Shown here piece by piece: positions 10,232 through 19,988 of a stretch of DNA of 64,000 nucleotides. Each line of letters starts with the position of its first letter. Within the stretch, counting starts at the first letter, position 1. The stretch comes from Rubripirellula sp. (GTDB taxonomy: Bacteria > Planctomycetota > Planctomycetia > Pirellulales > Pirellulaceae), in assembly GCA_965216875.1 (NCBI GenBank), contig OZ244207.1, forward strand, positions 6,080,001 to 6,144,000, written 5' to 3'. The notes beneath the pieces were generated by a model. That model had not been told where the DNA came from, searched no databases, and saw only the letters and a program-made list of their open reading frames with translations. The position numbers and the translations under genes were made by a program.

Positions 10232-10762
10232 CTATTTCTTTTCGACGCCGAGCTCCTCGAGCTTTGCGGCAATGTCTTCGCCGTGATTCCCGGCTTTGAC
10301 TTTCTTGTCGACGTACAGAATCTTGTTGTCCTTGCCGATGTAGTAAGTCCAACGGCTCGCAAACCCGCGAGGACTCAAGCAACCAAATGCCTTTGCGACT
10401 TCCTTGGTGGGATCGCTCAAAATCGGATAGTCGAGGTCAAGGCTTTTGGCAAACTCGGTGTTGCGCTCGACCGGATCAGTACTGGCGGTGAAGTAAGCAA
10501 CGTTGAACTTTTTCAGGATCTTGCCACTCTCACGGAGCGACTTGCATTCCTTCGTTCAGCCTCCGGTGAACGCTTTCGGGTACCAGGCGATCACCACCAC
10601 CTGTTTGTCTGTAAAGTCCTCATTGCTGTACGTTTTGCCGTCGCTGCCGACAAGCGAAAACTTCGGTGCCTCGTCGCCCACGCTTACCTCCGCGTTGACT
10701 GTTGGTGCAGCCAGCAACAACGTGCAAGCCACGACCAAGCTAGTGGAAAACCATCTTTTCAT
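10232..10762 (-). CDS. Secreted peroxiredoxin (BCP/AhpC-TSA) selenoprotein, in-frame UGA at 10558-10556 read as Sec
   Basis: ORFs 10556..10816 and 10232..10420 share a frame. Read-through gives WYPKAFTGG-U-TKECKSLRE...YPILSDPTKEVAKAFG...RWTYYIG, i.e. PxxxTxxC with U at the peroxidatic Cys. Signal peptide; 176 aa. Confidence 0.88.
10523..10541 (-). promoter_or_regulatory. Bacterial SECIS-like hairpin
   Basis: GUCGCUC-CGUGA-GAGUGGC, a 7-bp stem including G-U pairs. The loop starts 22 nt after the UGA and has GU at loop positions 2-3. Confidence 0.65.
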
Positions 10763-10903
10763 CACGATCCCTTTATTGAAACAGAAAACAGAACCAACAC
10801 CTATCGGCTGGTTCATCCGCTCACTTCGAGCAAGCCTAATCAGCGGCCAACTCGAAAATCAATCACCAATGTGGTGTTGTGAGGAAGCAAGTCCGATGCC
10901 GAG

Positions 10904-11668
10904 TCAGTCTGCACGATTGGTATGAAGTTTTTCGAGCAACTTGGCCGCTCCCGTTCCGAGCATCAGCGTGTCGACTCCCGCAACCACCAAGTTGTAACCC
11001 CGCTCGATGTAGGGCTGGACCGCTGAGGCCGAGACCCCGAAAAACCCCAGTGGCATGCCGGCGGCTTGGCAAACCGCTGTGACACGTTCGATGGCGTCGG
11101 TCACTTCGGGATCATCGATTTGCCCCATCTTGCCGAGGCTTGCCGACAGGTCATACGGCCCTACAAAAACGGCGTCGATTCCGGGGACCTTTACGATCGA
11201 CTCAATGTTGTTGACCGCATCAATGTGCTCAGCTTGGACCACCACGACGGTTTCGTCATTGGCCGCTTGCATGTACTCGTTGAACCGCAGCCCATAACCG
11301 TGCGCGCGAGCCAAACCGACGCCACGATTGCCCAACGGCGCGTACTTCGCGAACCTAACCACCTGCTCTGCGTGTCTCGTTGTGTTGACCATGGGCGCGA
11401 TCACGCCCGCAGCCCCCAGGTCCATCACCCGTTTGATGTGCGTCTCGGTGGTTTCAGGCACGCGTACAAGGCAAGGGGTCGTTCGCCCAACCGCCTGGAG
11501 GATGCCTTGGACGTCGGAGGTTTCGAGCGCACCATGCTCGGCATCAACAAACAGCCAATCGAAACCACTTTCGGAAAGGATCTCAGCAACCGCGGGCGTC
11601 GCCAGCGTTACCATGGATCCACAAAGTAACTCACCCGCCTTGAGGCGTGATTTGAATTCGCTCGACAT
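10904..11668 (-). CDS. HpcH/HpaI class II aldolase
   Basis: GFDWLFVDAEHG, LVRVP, DLGAAGVIAPMV, GNRGVG, VFVGPYDLS. Confidence 0.92.
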   Translation of the reverse strand: MSSEFKSRLKAGELLCGSMVTLATPAVAEILSESGFDWLFVDAEHGALETSDVQGILQAVGRTTPCLVRVPETTETHIKRVMDLGAAGVIAPMVNTTRHAEQVVRFAKYAPLGNRGVGLARAHGYGLRFNEYMQAANDETVVVVQAEHIDAVNNIESIVKVPGIDAVFVGPYDLSASLGKMGQIDDPEVTDAIERVTAVCQAAGMPLGFFGVSASAVQPYIERGYNLVVAGVDTLMLGTGAAKLLEKLHTNRAD

Positions 11669-11706
11669 GATGGCTGTGGTGTTGTGAGTTGTCGTGCAGC
11701 AAGTTC

Positions 11707-11793
11707 GTAGTACCGCCTTTAGGCGGACAACCTAGGACAGTGCGGCTCATGCCGGTACCACGAACATGGTAGTCCGCCTAATGGCGGTACTAC
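11707..11793. repeat. GTAG-type REP cluster (GTAGTACCGCCTTTAGGCGG family)
   Basis: GTAGTACCGCCTTTAGGCGG at 11707 and CCGCCTAATGGCGGTACTAC ending at 11793. Related copies at ~19924, 47153 and 47185. Confidence 0.75.
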
Positions 11794-11825
11794 AAACATG
11801 TTCCTACAAACATCATTCCGTCAAC

Positions 11826-12323
11826 GTGAACGAAGAACAATCTCTTATCGAAGCGATTCAAGCCGATCCCGATTCCGATGCCGCGCGATTGATCTACGCC
11901 GATTGGCTTGAAGAACAAGGCGACGCGCGCGGCGGGTTCTTGCGCGCCGAACTCTCCTTTGCGGCCGCCAAAACGCTCTATGACGCGACCGACGGAATCG
12001 CCTACTTCAACACCACGCACTATCTCGATCTTGATCAACCATGGCTTGACTCGGTCGCAATGAAATTCGACCTGTCCATTTCAGGGTCCCGAGAAGACAA
12101 GAGTTTCGCTTTACACATCCTGCCTCACCAATACCCCGTCTTACAAGAGAAACTTCAGTCAAGTTGGTCGCGCCGGTCACTCACCTACCCTGAACCAATG
12201 GTACTGACGATGGGCCAAGACCTCATCTCAGTTTTTCAGCATTACTCCAATCTTATGAATGCGTTCCGTGATCGATATGTCAGGCGAAGAGACATCACCA
12301 TTTCAATCGTAAGATCAAAGTGA
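11826..12323 (+). CDS. TIGR02996-domain protein
   Basis: LIEAIQADPDSDAARLIYADWLEEQGDARGGFLR. Start set at GTG 11826 because the upstream extension is REP sequence. Confidence 0.8.
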   Translation: MNEEQSLIEAIQADPDSDAARLIYADWLEEQGDARGGFLRAELSFAAAKTLYDATDGIAYFNTTHYLDLDQPWLDSVAMKFDLSISGSREDKSFALHILPHQYPVLQEKLQSSWSRRSLTYPEPMVLTMGQDLISVFQHYSNLMNAFRDRYVRRRDITISIVRSK

Positions 12324-12326
12324 TCA

Positions 12327-12366
12327 TGCCGGATCAGCGTCGCTATCGCTCCTTGATCCGGCCTAC
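12327..12366 (-). repeat. REP (GTAGGCCGGATCAAGGAGCG family), reverse orientation
   Basis: TGCCGGATCAGCGTCGCTATCGCTCCTTGATCCGGCCTAC, between convergent genes. Confidence 0.85.
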
Positions 12367-12403
12367 GCAATGACGATAAGCGACACGCGCCGGGCCCCAC
12401 ACG

Positions 12404-13954
12404 CTATTTCGGAATACGATTGAGGGTGTAGTAAGCGTCCGGATGCAGTAGCTTCTCTCCCGTTTCGCTTCGCACACCGTCGGCCAAAAGCTCGTGAACA
12501 AAGTGCCGTCGCCTACCGTCGACGACCAACTTTACCGATCGGCGATCATCGCTCACACTCGCACTGCGCACTTCCAACGACTTGGTTTGAATTTCGTCGC
12601 TGCCGTAAGTCGAGTGATACTGGTACGTGTAGCGACTCATCTTGTATGAGTTCAGATTTGCCGCCGACTCGGCTTCGACCGGCTTGGTGAATCGCAATTC
12701 GAATCCGTCCGAAAGCGCTCGCATCTGCTCAATTTCAAACGGCACTTTCCCGGTCCAAACCAAACGTTGTAGACCATAACTTGCGGTGCCCAAACTGCTC
12801 CAACCGCGGTTGGTCAAACCTGCGAACACACTGCCATCGCCTCCCTGTTGCAATCGCAAGACCGCCGATGCCATCCCGGAGCGAAACGGAAAACAAGCCC
12901 CTTGATATTGACCGTCGACCTTTTCCAAAAAGACACGATTGATTCCCGCTTGCGTGAACTCGCCGACGAATAGTTGCCCGGCAAAGGGACCAAACTTGCC
13001 TTGGCTTTGATCCAACATGATGTCGGTCGCCGATTGCCCCATCTTTTTGTAGGGAAACCAAACGGCCGGTGGACTCAAGTGCGGAAATTGCTTCAACGCT
13101 TCGGGCAGCGGCAAGCCGTTGGGGATGCTTGCCACTTCTTTGATCGGCGACTCTGGTAAACCGGCGGACGCGAGCGATTCGGGATGATGAAAAAACGCAC
13201 CCCGGCGCATATGGTGCAGCGAATTGGTTGCGACCCAATTGCCTTGTTGATCGGTATAGAACATGTCGCCGTCGGCGTTGGCACCAAGCCCTGACGGGGA
13301 ACGCATCCCAGCGCACATTGCGTGTAGCTTCCCTTGCTTGTCGACCATCATGCCCCACCCCCGCCAGCGTCCTTGCCGATAGCCGCCCTGCGCATTCGGG
13401 ACGACATGCTTGAGATGCTCTTTGCGAAGCCCCAATCCAAGATTCAAGGTGACCCAAAGATTCCCTTCACCATCGACTTTTGGACCAAATGCGTATTCGT
13501 GATAGTTGCCGGTTACGCCCCAACCCTTAGCGACCGTCAAGTATTCGTCGGCAACGTCGTCGCCGTCGACATCGCGCAGTTTTGTGAGTTCGGTGCGCTG
13601 GGTCGTCAACAGTGAATCACCAATCGAAATGAGCCCCAGGGGTTCGTGCAACGCCGAGGCAAAACGTTTGTATTGGATGTTCGTTGGTGGTTCGTCATAA
13701 ACGCCATCGAGCAACCAAACTTCGCCCTTTCGAATCGCCACGGCCAAGCGACCATCGCCAAGGAAGGCCATCCCGCTGACTTCGAGTGGCAATCCATCGG
13801 GCGATGGTTTCCAAGTTGCTGCCCGCGAATCGGTTTGGGCCTTGGGCGCAGCGATCGTTACCACGCGATAGTATTCCTCTTCGCCAGCGCGCGCGACTGT
13901 AAAACCGCTTGCCAACAACACACATCCCGCGATTGCGGCTAGTCGGTTCACCAT
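12404..13954 (-). CDS. Secreted beta-propeller protein (PVC sorbosone/glucose-dehydrogenase-like)
   Basis: Signal peptide; FASALHEPLGL, DVDGDDVADEY, NYHEYAFGP, GMRSPSG, YTDQQGNW. Overlaps the cytochrome stop. Confidence 0.75.
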   Translation of the reverse strand: MVNRLAAIAGCVLLASGFTVARAGEEEYYRVVTIAAPKAQTDSRAATWKPSPDGLPLEVSGMAFLGDGRLAVAIRKGEVWLLDGVYDEPPTNIQYKRFASALHEPLGLISIGDSLLTTQRTELTKLRDVDGDDVADEYLTVAKGWGVTGNYHEYAFGPKVDGEGNLWVTLNLGLGLRKEHLKHVVPNAQGGYRQGRWRGWGMMVDKQGKLHAMCAGMRSPSGLGANADGDMFYTDQQGNWVATNSLHHMRRGAFFHHPESLASAGLPESPIKEVASIPNGLPLPEALKQFPHLSPPAVWFPYKKMGQSATDIMLDQSQGKFGPFAGQLFVGEFTQAGINRVFLEKVDGQYQGACFPFRSGMASAVLRLQQGGDGSVFAGLTNRGWSSLGTASYGLQRLVWTGKVPFEIEQMRALSDGFELRFTKPVEAESAANLNSYKMSRYTYQYHSTYGSDEIQTKSLEVRSASVSDDRRSVKLVVDGRRRHFVHELLADGVRSETGEKLLHPDAYYTLNRIPK

Positions 13955-16368
13955 CGGTACTCCAGTTGGATCGTTTTGCGATCTTTGATGTCGAGCGGGA
14001 TCCACCAATGTTGACCACGCTCGGTCGCGACGAGCTCACCGGCATGCCCCACATCCTCGGATACTTTCACCGTAAGTCCCTGGGTATCGACAAACGACCA
14101 GGGGCCGGCACGCGTGATCTTGTCTCCCGTGTGGGCGAGCAAGGTGAGCGGTTTTGCGTCGTCGTTTGTAGCCTTTCGTGTGATCGTCAAAGATCGGTCG
14201 AGCCCCGAATCGGTCGCAACCACGCGATCTGCCACCTGCCAATTGCCAATTTGATACAGCAGCGTTGGCACGCCCGAGCCATCCATTCGAAGACCGCCAA
14301 ACCGATACCCTGCCCTGTTTGCATCATCGGGCCAACTCGCCAGATCGCCTTCCAGCGCCGCCAACGAAAAGCTTGGTGAAAGCTGGACCGATGCATCGAG
14401 CGGGTTCGTTGGTGTTGCGAATCGTTCGAACCAAGTGCTTTGGGCATCGAGAAACCGCCCTTTCCATGCAACGGCCAAACGCATCGATTCAGCATCAAAG
14501 GCATAGTGCACTCCGCTCGGCGATCCCACGGCAATCGCGTGCATCCCGACACCCTCCATGAAGGTGCGCAGAACGATCGGTCGTTCGCTCGGAATCAGCT
14601 CATAGTTTTTTGAACGCGCTTCGGCAATCTTCTCGGGCAGTGGCTGCGTTGGCAGCTCTTTCAAATAAGCCCACACCGAAGCGATCTGTCGGTCAACATC
14701 ACCCTCGAGAAGATCGGGAAGCGTGCTCTTTCCATCAGGAAAGAAGGTCGGCATCCGCGTTCGCTTCTTGACCGATCCTGGATCACGTAAGAACGCGGCG
14801 AACCACGATGGGTGAACTCGCTTGGTGACCTGATCGAGGTCGAGCCCCACGACACCGGGCAAGTTTTCGCCTCGAAAGGGATGACATTGCACACAACCTG
14901 TGTTCACAAGTGCACGTCCCGATTCAGCAAGCCCGGCCATCTCCCCAAACACCGCTTGCTCGCTTTCGGTCTTAGCGTGATCGGCCGAAGGAAGCGAGTT
15001 GACCAAAGGGCCGGTGACCGACTTTGGGTAGCCTGGCATTCGAGCGGTCATGTGTTTTCGGTAAGCGTCGGCGGTTGGTTGTAACGCCGCGTTCAGCGCG
15101 CTGACGGTCAATTTGCGTCCCACCCCAGTTAGCGACGGCGGCAAGCGACCTTCATCACCAAGATCGACTTGTGTCACCGTCTCGAAGAACCGCTTTCGAA
15201 ACCGGCCGACTCCGCCAAACGAGACCGATCGAGTGGTCGGAAGCTCTCGTGCATGGCATCCGTAGCAGTTCAGCTGCAGCATCCGGAAATGGACGTTTTC
15301 CCACGGCTCGGTTGGTGTCAATGCTCGTGCGGCGGGTTCTTTTATCGCAGCGATTTGACCGGCATCCAACGCGTACTTTGGCATTCCCGATTTCGGTTGG
15401 CCAAAACAGCTCGTCGGCTTGTCGAAGTCGAGCGCGGTCATCGGCGTTGCCATCTTCGGTTTGAGGCCGGGAATCGAATGGCAATTGGCGCACTTGAGTT
15501 GAACAAACAACTCCCGTCCGCGTTGCACCCGATCAGAGGGCGCGGTGGACCCGACATTGTCGTCGGAGCGGCGATCGGAATCGGGAATCAAGTAGCTCGC
15601 GATGTCAGCCGCTTCGGTCGGCAAGAGTTTTAGCGACGGCATTCGCCCACTCGGTCGCACCGCGGGTGGATCGAGCAAGAACATCGTCAGCGATCGACGC
15701 GTGTACTTTTTGTCTAACTGGCTATGAGCAACCGATTGGACAGCCCTTGCCTCGCTTGCCAATCCCATATCGGCAAGTTCATCGACATCCAACTGCTCGA
15801 TCAATTGATCAATCGGTGAAGGTTTCGTCTCAACCGTTTCGTAATCTTCATCCGGTTCATGACAGGCAACGCAACCGATGGTGTGATAGAGATGTCGACC
15901 CGAATCGGCATCGCCACGATCCCAAAACAACCGCGGCACGGGACGGCGTCCACTTCCTTTTAGCTTTTGAAACGGCTGCTGTTGCGACATCAAGAAAGCA
16001 ACCAAACTCTCGACCACGTCATCGCGTTCTGACTCGGCAACGCCGGCCAGAATATCGGGCATGGTTGTGGTTGGCTTTTCGTTTTGCGGGTGCATCAAGA
16101 ACGACCGCAACCATTCTTTTCGAAGGCGTACACCGGCGCCGGCGAGGTTCGGAGCACCCACGGGATTCAGACGCGACAACTTGGCTTGATGACAAGCCGT
16201 GCAGTTGAGACTCGAAATCAGCAGCTGTCCCGAAACGCGAGGCGAAAGCTCGTCGTGCTTTCCATAGCGGTCATAACCGCTGACCAGCGGTGGCGACGCG
16301 TTTGCAATCGCAACTGCAAACAGCGTCGTCGCAGTAGCGATCAGAAGTCGACATTGAAGGAGCAACAA
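13948..16368 (-). CDS. Multiheme c-type cytochrome (5 CxxCH)
   Basis: CTACH, CVACH, CANCH, CYGCH, CVQCH plus distal MP motifs. Start uncertain (TTG 16368, before the signal peptide). Confidence 0.85.
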   Translation of the reverse strand: MLLLQCRLLIATATTLFAVAIANASPPLVSGYDRYGKHDELSPRVSGQLLISSLNCTACHQAKLSRLNPVGAPNLAGAGVRLRKEWLRSFLMHPQNEKPTTTMPDILAGVAESERDDVVESLVAFLMSQQQPFQKLKGSGRRPVPRLFWDRGDADSGRHLYHTIGCVACHEPDEDYETVETKPSPIDQLIEQLDVDELADMGLASEARAVQSVAHSQLDKKYTRRSLTMFLLDPPAVRPSGRMPSLKLLPTEAADIASYLIPDSDRRSDDNVGSTAPSDRVQRGRELFVQLKCANCHSIPGLKPKMATPMTALDFDKPTSCFGQPKSGMPKYALDAGQIAAIKEPAARALTPTEPWENVHFRMLQLNCYGCHARELPTTRSVSFGGVGRFRKRFFETVTQVDLGDEGRLPPSLTGVGRKLTVSALNAALQPTADAYRKHMTARMPGYPKSVTGPLVNSLPSADHAKTESEQAVFGEMAGLAESGRALVNTGCVQCHPFRGENLPGVVGLDLDQVTKRVHPSWFAAFLRDPGSVKKRTRMPTFFPDGKSTLPDLLEGDVDRQIASVWAYLKELPTQPLPEKIAEARSKNYELIPSERPIVLRTFMEGVGMHAIAVGSPSGVHYAFDAESMRLAVAWKGRFLDAQSTWFERFATPTNPLDASVQLSPSFSLAALEGDLASWPDDANRAGYRFGGLRMDGSGVPTLLYQIGNWQVADRVVATDSGLDRSLTITRKATNDDAKPLTLLAHTGDKITRAGPWSFVDTQGLTVKVSEDVGHAGELVATERGQHWWIPLDIKDRKTIQLEYRW

Positions 16369-16479
16369 AATGAATCCTGGCTTCGCGGCGTCTGATTTGT
16401 TTTTCCGAGAATACACCGAGCTCAGGTGACTGTGTGAATTCGCGAGCAACAAAATCTGATCCAGACGCAACCGGCGGGG

Positions 16480-18126
16480 TTACCGCGTCGTTCGACGACG
16501 ATAGTAGTAATAGCCTGGAATGAAAAAACAGGCGGCTGAGACGAAGCCAAAGATAAGGTGCGCCGCCGACGGCCAAATCGCCATCAAAAGACCCGCGACC
16601 AGCAGCGACGCGGTCTGTATGTAGAAGACACCGTTGAGCATTCCTGCTTTGATCACAAAAACCATCGCGCTGATCACACCCAACATCGGCGAGAGGCTTA
16701 GCACCTTCAGATCGAGCCACCATTCAAGGGGAAACAGCAATCCGATCGCGATCATGCTGGCGCCCCAAATGTGAGCGACTTGACGTTCGACAAAAGTGAC
16801 CGGCCCCATCCGCTGACGCAACTTCCAAAACACGGCCGCCCAGGCTCCCAGTCCCACCGTCCAGACCGCTCCATAAATCCATCGCTGAGTCACTCCGAAC
16901 CACAAGTCGAGCGTCCACGTGAGGATGCCTGCGACAAGCAACACCAACGAGTGCCACATCCAAAGCACTCCCCAATTCTCAAGCACGGCCGCATGATGCG
17001 TTTCGCGAAAAACGCGGGCAACCACTTGGCTGAACCGACCACTCGAGGCGAGCACCTTTTCGTCCGAAAGGTACGCCTGCAGATCCGTCACGAGCGAATC
17101 GGCACTGTCATAACGAAGGTCGATCGGCTTTTGCATGCAGCGAACGACAATCATTTCCAAGTCGCGATCCAAGCGAGGACGCAACGCTCGCGGCGGTGTC
17201 GGGTCTTGCTCGACGACCAACATCACCAACTCCATTGGCGAATCGGCCACAAAGGGTGACCGTCCCGTCAAAGCGAAATAGAGCACGCACCCAAGGCTGT
17301 AGATGTCGCTGGCCGGACCTACCAGCGATCGCCGTCCGCCCGCTTGTTCGGGCGACATGTAGGCCGGAGTACCCAGTAACACTCCGCTGCGAGTCAAATC
17401 GGTGTTGTTGCCCGATTGTTTCGCCAAGCCAAAGTCAGTCACCAAGGCCGTTCCATCGCTGGTGACCATGATGTTGCTCGGCTTGATGTCGCGATGCACC
17501 ATTCCCTGGCTATGCGCAAAATCAATCGCCGATGCGATCGAAGCAACAATCTGGGCCGCCTGTCGTTGCGGCAACGGGCCATCAGCCGCCAATTCCGCCA
17601 GCGTCTTGCCTTCGACCAGCTGCATGCTGAAGTAGGGTCGACCATCAAAATCGCCGACGTCGTAAACGGGAACGATGTTGGGGTGTTCCAAGCGAGCCGT
17701 CGCGAGCGCTTCCGCAACGAATCGTTCCATATCGGCGTCACTCGCCAGACGCCCGCGAAGGATCATCTTCACAGCGACTTCGCGGCCGAGACTCAACTGC
17801 CGGGCTCGAAAAACAACGCCCATCCCGCCGCGACCAATTTCTTCGAGCAGTTCGTAGTCGCCAACGGTGGTCGGCAACTCCATGCGTCGCCATTTCCGCC
17901 CGGACGAGTCCGAGCTCAAGTTCAAGAGTCCCTCGTCGCGCGCCGTGCCTGCCGTGTCGGTCACCAGCACGGCGCCCCAGAGTTTGCGAAGCTCCGCAGC
18001 GAGGTCAGGATGGCTTGCGCAAACGTCGTCAAAATTGACCGGCTCGCCCCGACAAACCGCGTCGGTCAATTCAGCCAATACATCAGCCAGACGTTGATCG
18101 CGATCGGTCGAATCGTCCGCATTCAC
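16480..18126 (-). CDS. Ser/Thr protein kinase with C-terminal multi-pass membrane domain
   Basis: GRGGMGVVF, HRDIKPSN, DFGLAK, GTPAYMSPEQ; about 6 hydrophobic helices. GTGA overlap with the sigma gene. Confidence 0.92.
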   Translation of the reverse strand: MNADDSTDRDQRLADVLAELTDAVCRGEPVNFDDVCASHPDLAAELRKLWGAVLVTDTAGTARDEGLLNLSSDSSGRKWRRMELPTTVGDYELLEEIGRGGMGVVFRARQLSLGREVAVKMILRGRLASDADMERFVAEALATARLEHPNIVPVYDVGDFDGRPYFSMQLVEGKTLAELAADGPLPQRQAAQIVASIASAIDFAHSQGMVHRDIKPSNIMVTSDGTALVTDFGLAKQSGNNTDLTRSGVLLGTPAYMSPEQAGGRRSLVGPASDIYSLGCVLYFALTGRSPFVADSPMELVMLVVEQDPTPPRALRPRLDRDLEMIVVRCMQKPIDLRYDSADSLVTDLQAYLSDEKVLASSGRFSQVVARVFRETHHAAVLENWGVLWMWHSLVLLVAGILTWTLDLWFGVTQRWIYGAVWTVGLGAWAAVFWKLRQRMGPVTFVERQVAHIWGASMIAIGLLFPLEWWLDLKVLSLSPMLGVISAMVFVIKAGMLNGVFYIQTASLLVAGLLMAIWPSAAHLIFGFVSAACFFIPGYYYYRRRTTR

Positions 18127-18776
18127 GATTCGGTCTCGCCCACAGTTTCTTCGTCCTCGAACAGCTCTTTCAGCTTCCGCAGCGCACGAAGGTACCGCAT
18201 GCTCGCGGCCGGTGGATTCACACCGAGCACTTCCGCGATCTCCTGGTTCGACAGATGTTCGTAGTGCCGCATCAAGATGATCTCGCGGTCGGTGTCACCA
18301 AGTCGCTCAATCGCATCTTCGACTTTGACCGCTATCTCTCGCTGCGTCGCCGCCGCGGCAGGAGTCAAACCGGGATCGCAAAGTTGAATCGCCAACTCCA
18401 TCGTCGATGAATCGGGATTCCCCGCAACGGCCATCGGCTGTTCGCGATCCATACTGCGTTTTGCACTGACGCGATGTCGCCGATAGGTGTCGATGATTCG
18501 GTCCCAAGCGATCTGTCGCAGCCAGAGATGGAACGCCATCGCAGGATCTTCGAGGTAGCGATCGAGTCGACCGCTCGCTTCAATCATCACATCTTGCACG
18601 ACATCACTGACGTCGACACGTTGCTGCACCTTGCGATCGAGCCGCAATTCCACCAGGCGTCGGATCGGTGCTCGATGTTTTTCCAGCAGCCGATTGACAG
18701 CATCAGAATCGCCATCACGGGCAGCAACGAGCAGGGTTTCGGTTTGATCGTCTTGGGGCCAAATTGATTTTGCCAT
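18123..18776 (-). CDS. ECF RNA polymerase sigma-70 factor
   Basis: VDVSDVVQDV, FHLWLRQIA, DREIILMRHYEHLSNQEIA. Confidence 0.92.
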   Translation of the reverse strand: MAKSIWPQDDQTETLLVAARDGDSDAVNRLLEKHRAPIRRLVELRLDRKVQQRVDVSDVVQDVMIEASGRLDRYLEDPAMAFHLWLRQIAWDRIIDTYRRHRVSAKRSMDREQPMAVAGNPDSSTMELAIQLCDPGLTPAAAATQREIAVKVEDAIERLGDTDREIILMRHYEHLSNQEIAEVLGVNPPAASMRYLRALRKLKELFEDEETVGETES

Positions 18777-18881
18777 CACAGTCTCCACACTTCATGGTAG
18801 CAGGCTGGAAATGGGAGCCGACTGCGACATCCGACCACACAGCGGGCCAAGCAACGGGAACACAAAACGAGTCGCAAGTGC

Positions 18882-19568
18882 CTACTTGAGCTTGCGAACC
18901 TTGATGTTCTTGAATCGCACGACCATCGCGGGCCCCTGGTGGAGTTGCAAGGCGATGACACCCTTTGACGACGACTTGTCCGTCTGATTGTCGATGACCT
19001 CGGCCGTCATCGCGCCGTTGATGAAGTGTTGCAAGTGGTTACCGTCGGCAACCACTCGAAAGTCATTCCATTTGCCGGCATGGATACCTGAAGCAAGCTG
19101 CTTGGAATCGGCAAACCGTTTCTTACTCGCTTCGCCATCCTCGTCGAACGTCACAGACTCACCTCGGTTGGCCATGATCCCTCGTCCAAGTCGCTCTTCG
19201 TAAAGGATTCCGGCAAACGTGTTTCCGAAATCGATGTCAGCCTGATAGCCACCGACGATGAACTTCTCTTCGTCGATTACCTTGCTTCGGTATTGGATTC
19301 CCGAGTTTCCGCTTTCGATTTTGAATTGTGCGGTCAACTCAAAATTGTCGTACTCGCCGCCTTTCCAAATCAAAAACGTGTTGTGTTTGATTTGCCCTGC
19401 TGTAGTGGTTCGCCCAACGATCGCTCCCTCTTCGACCGACCAAAGGTCCTCGCGCCCTTCCCAACCACTCAAGTCATCACCGCCACCATAAAGGACGACC
19501 ACATCGTCATCTGCTGGCAAGGCACTGGCAAGGCAAAGCAAGAGTGTGAAACAAGCTGCGAATCTCAT
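18882..19568 (-). CDS. DUF1080 (3-keto-disaccharide hydrolase family) protein
   Basis: DLSGW...WSVEEG, GNSGIQYRS, GYQADI, GVIALQLH...VRFKNI. Confidence 0.88.
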   Translation of the reverse strand: MRFAACFTLLLCLASALPADDDVVVLYGGGDDLSGWEGREDLWSVEEGAIVGRTTTAGQIKHNTFLIWKGGEYDNFELTAQFKIESGNSGIQYRSKVIDEEKFIVGGYQADIDFGNTFAGILYEERLGRGIMANRGESVTFDEDGEASKKRFADSKQLASGIHAGKWNDFRVVADGNHLQHFINGAMTAEVIDNQTDKSSSKGVIALQLHQGPAMVVRFKNIKVRKLK

Positions 19569-19659
19569 CGGTATCAGACTCCGGACAATCGGTGGGGAAT
19601 GTGGTTGGGAGGAGCCATCATCTTAGTTGATGCACTGACCGGCTCCAATCGCGACTCAC

Positions 19660-19946
19660 GCAGGCCGGATCAAGGAGCGACAGCGACGCGGATCCGGCGC
19701 GTACTTGTTGTGTTACTCGGTGCCGCGATCCACGTCCCGAACACATGAGCCCAGCGCGCTAGCGTCGGGCCTTTCGTGAAGACGCTACTTTCGCGGAGCG
19801 AAAGGCGACAATGCACTCGCGCCCCGTAGCTACCTTCGCCAGAAGGTGGTTTCCATCGGTTGACCGCTTGCCACGATCATCACGCTCTGGCGAGCTCACG
19901 AAAAACCACAGGCTATTTGAAGATTCCGGCTAAAGCTCGGTACTAC
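19660..19946. repeat. Composite REP cluster (five families)
   Basis: GCAGGCCGGATCAAGGAGCG... (19660); GAGCCCAGCGCGCTAGCGTCGGGC (~19747); CGCTACTTTCGCGGAGCGAAAGGCGAC (19783); GTAGCTACCTTCGCCAGAAGGTGG (19826); TTCCGGCTAAAGCTCGGTACTAC (~19924). Confidence 0.85.
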
Positions 19947-19988
19947 AAACGGGAGGCTCACATCGATGTCGCAAACCCGGCGTCGTTT

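Noticed and set aside
10232..10816. Peroxiredoxin pseudogene or two separate small ORFs
   Set aside because: The only lesion is a TGA exactly at the catalytic Cys, followed by a SECIS-like hairpin; Sec recoding is the better explanation.
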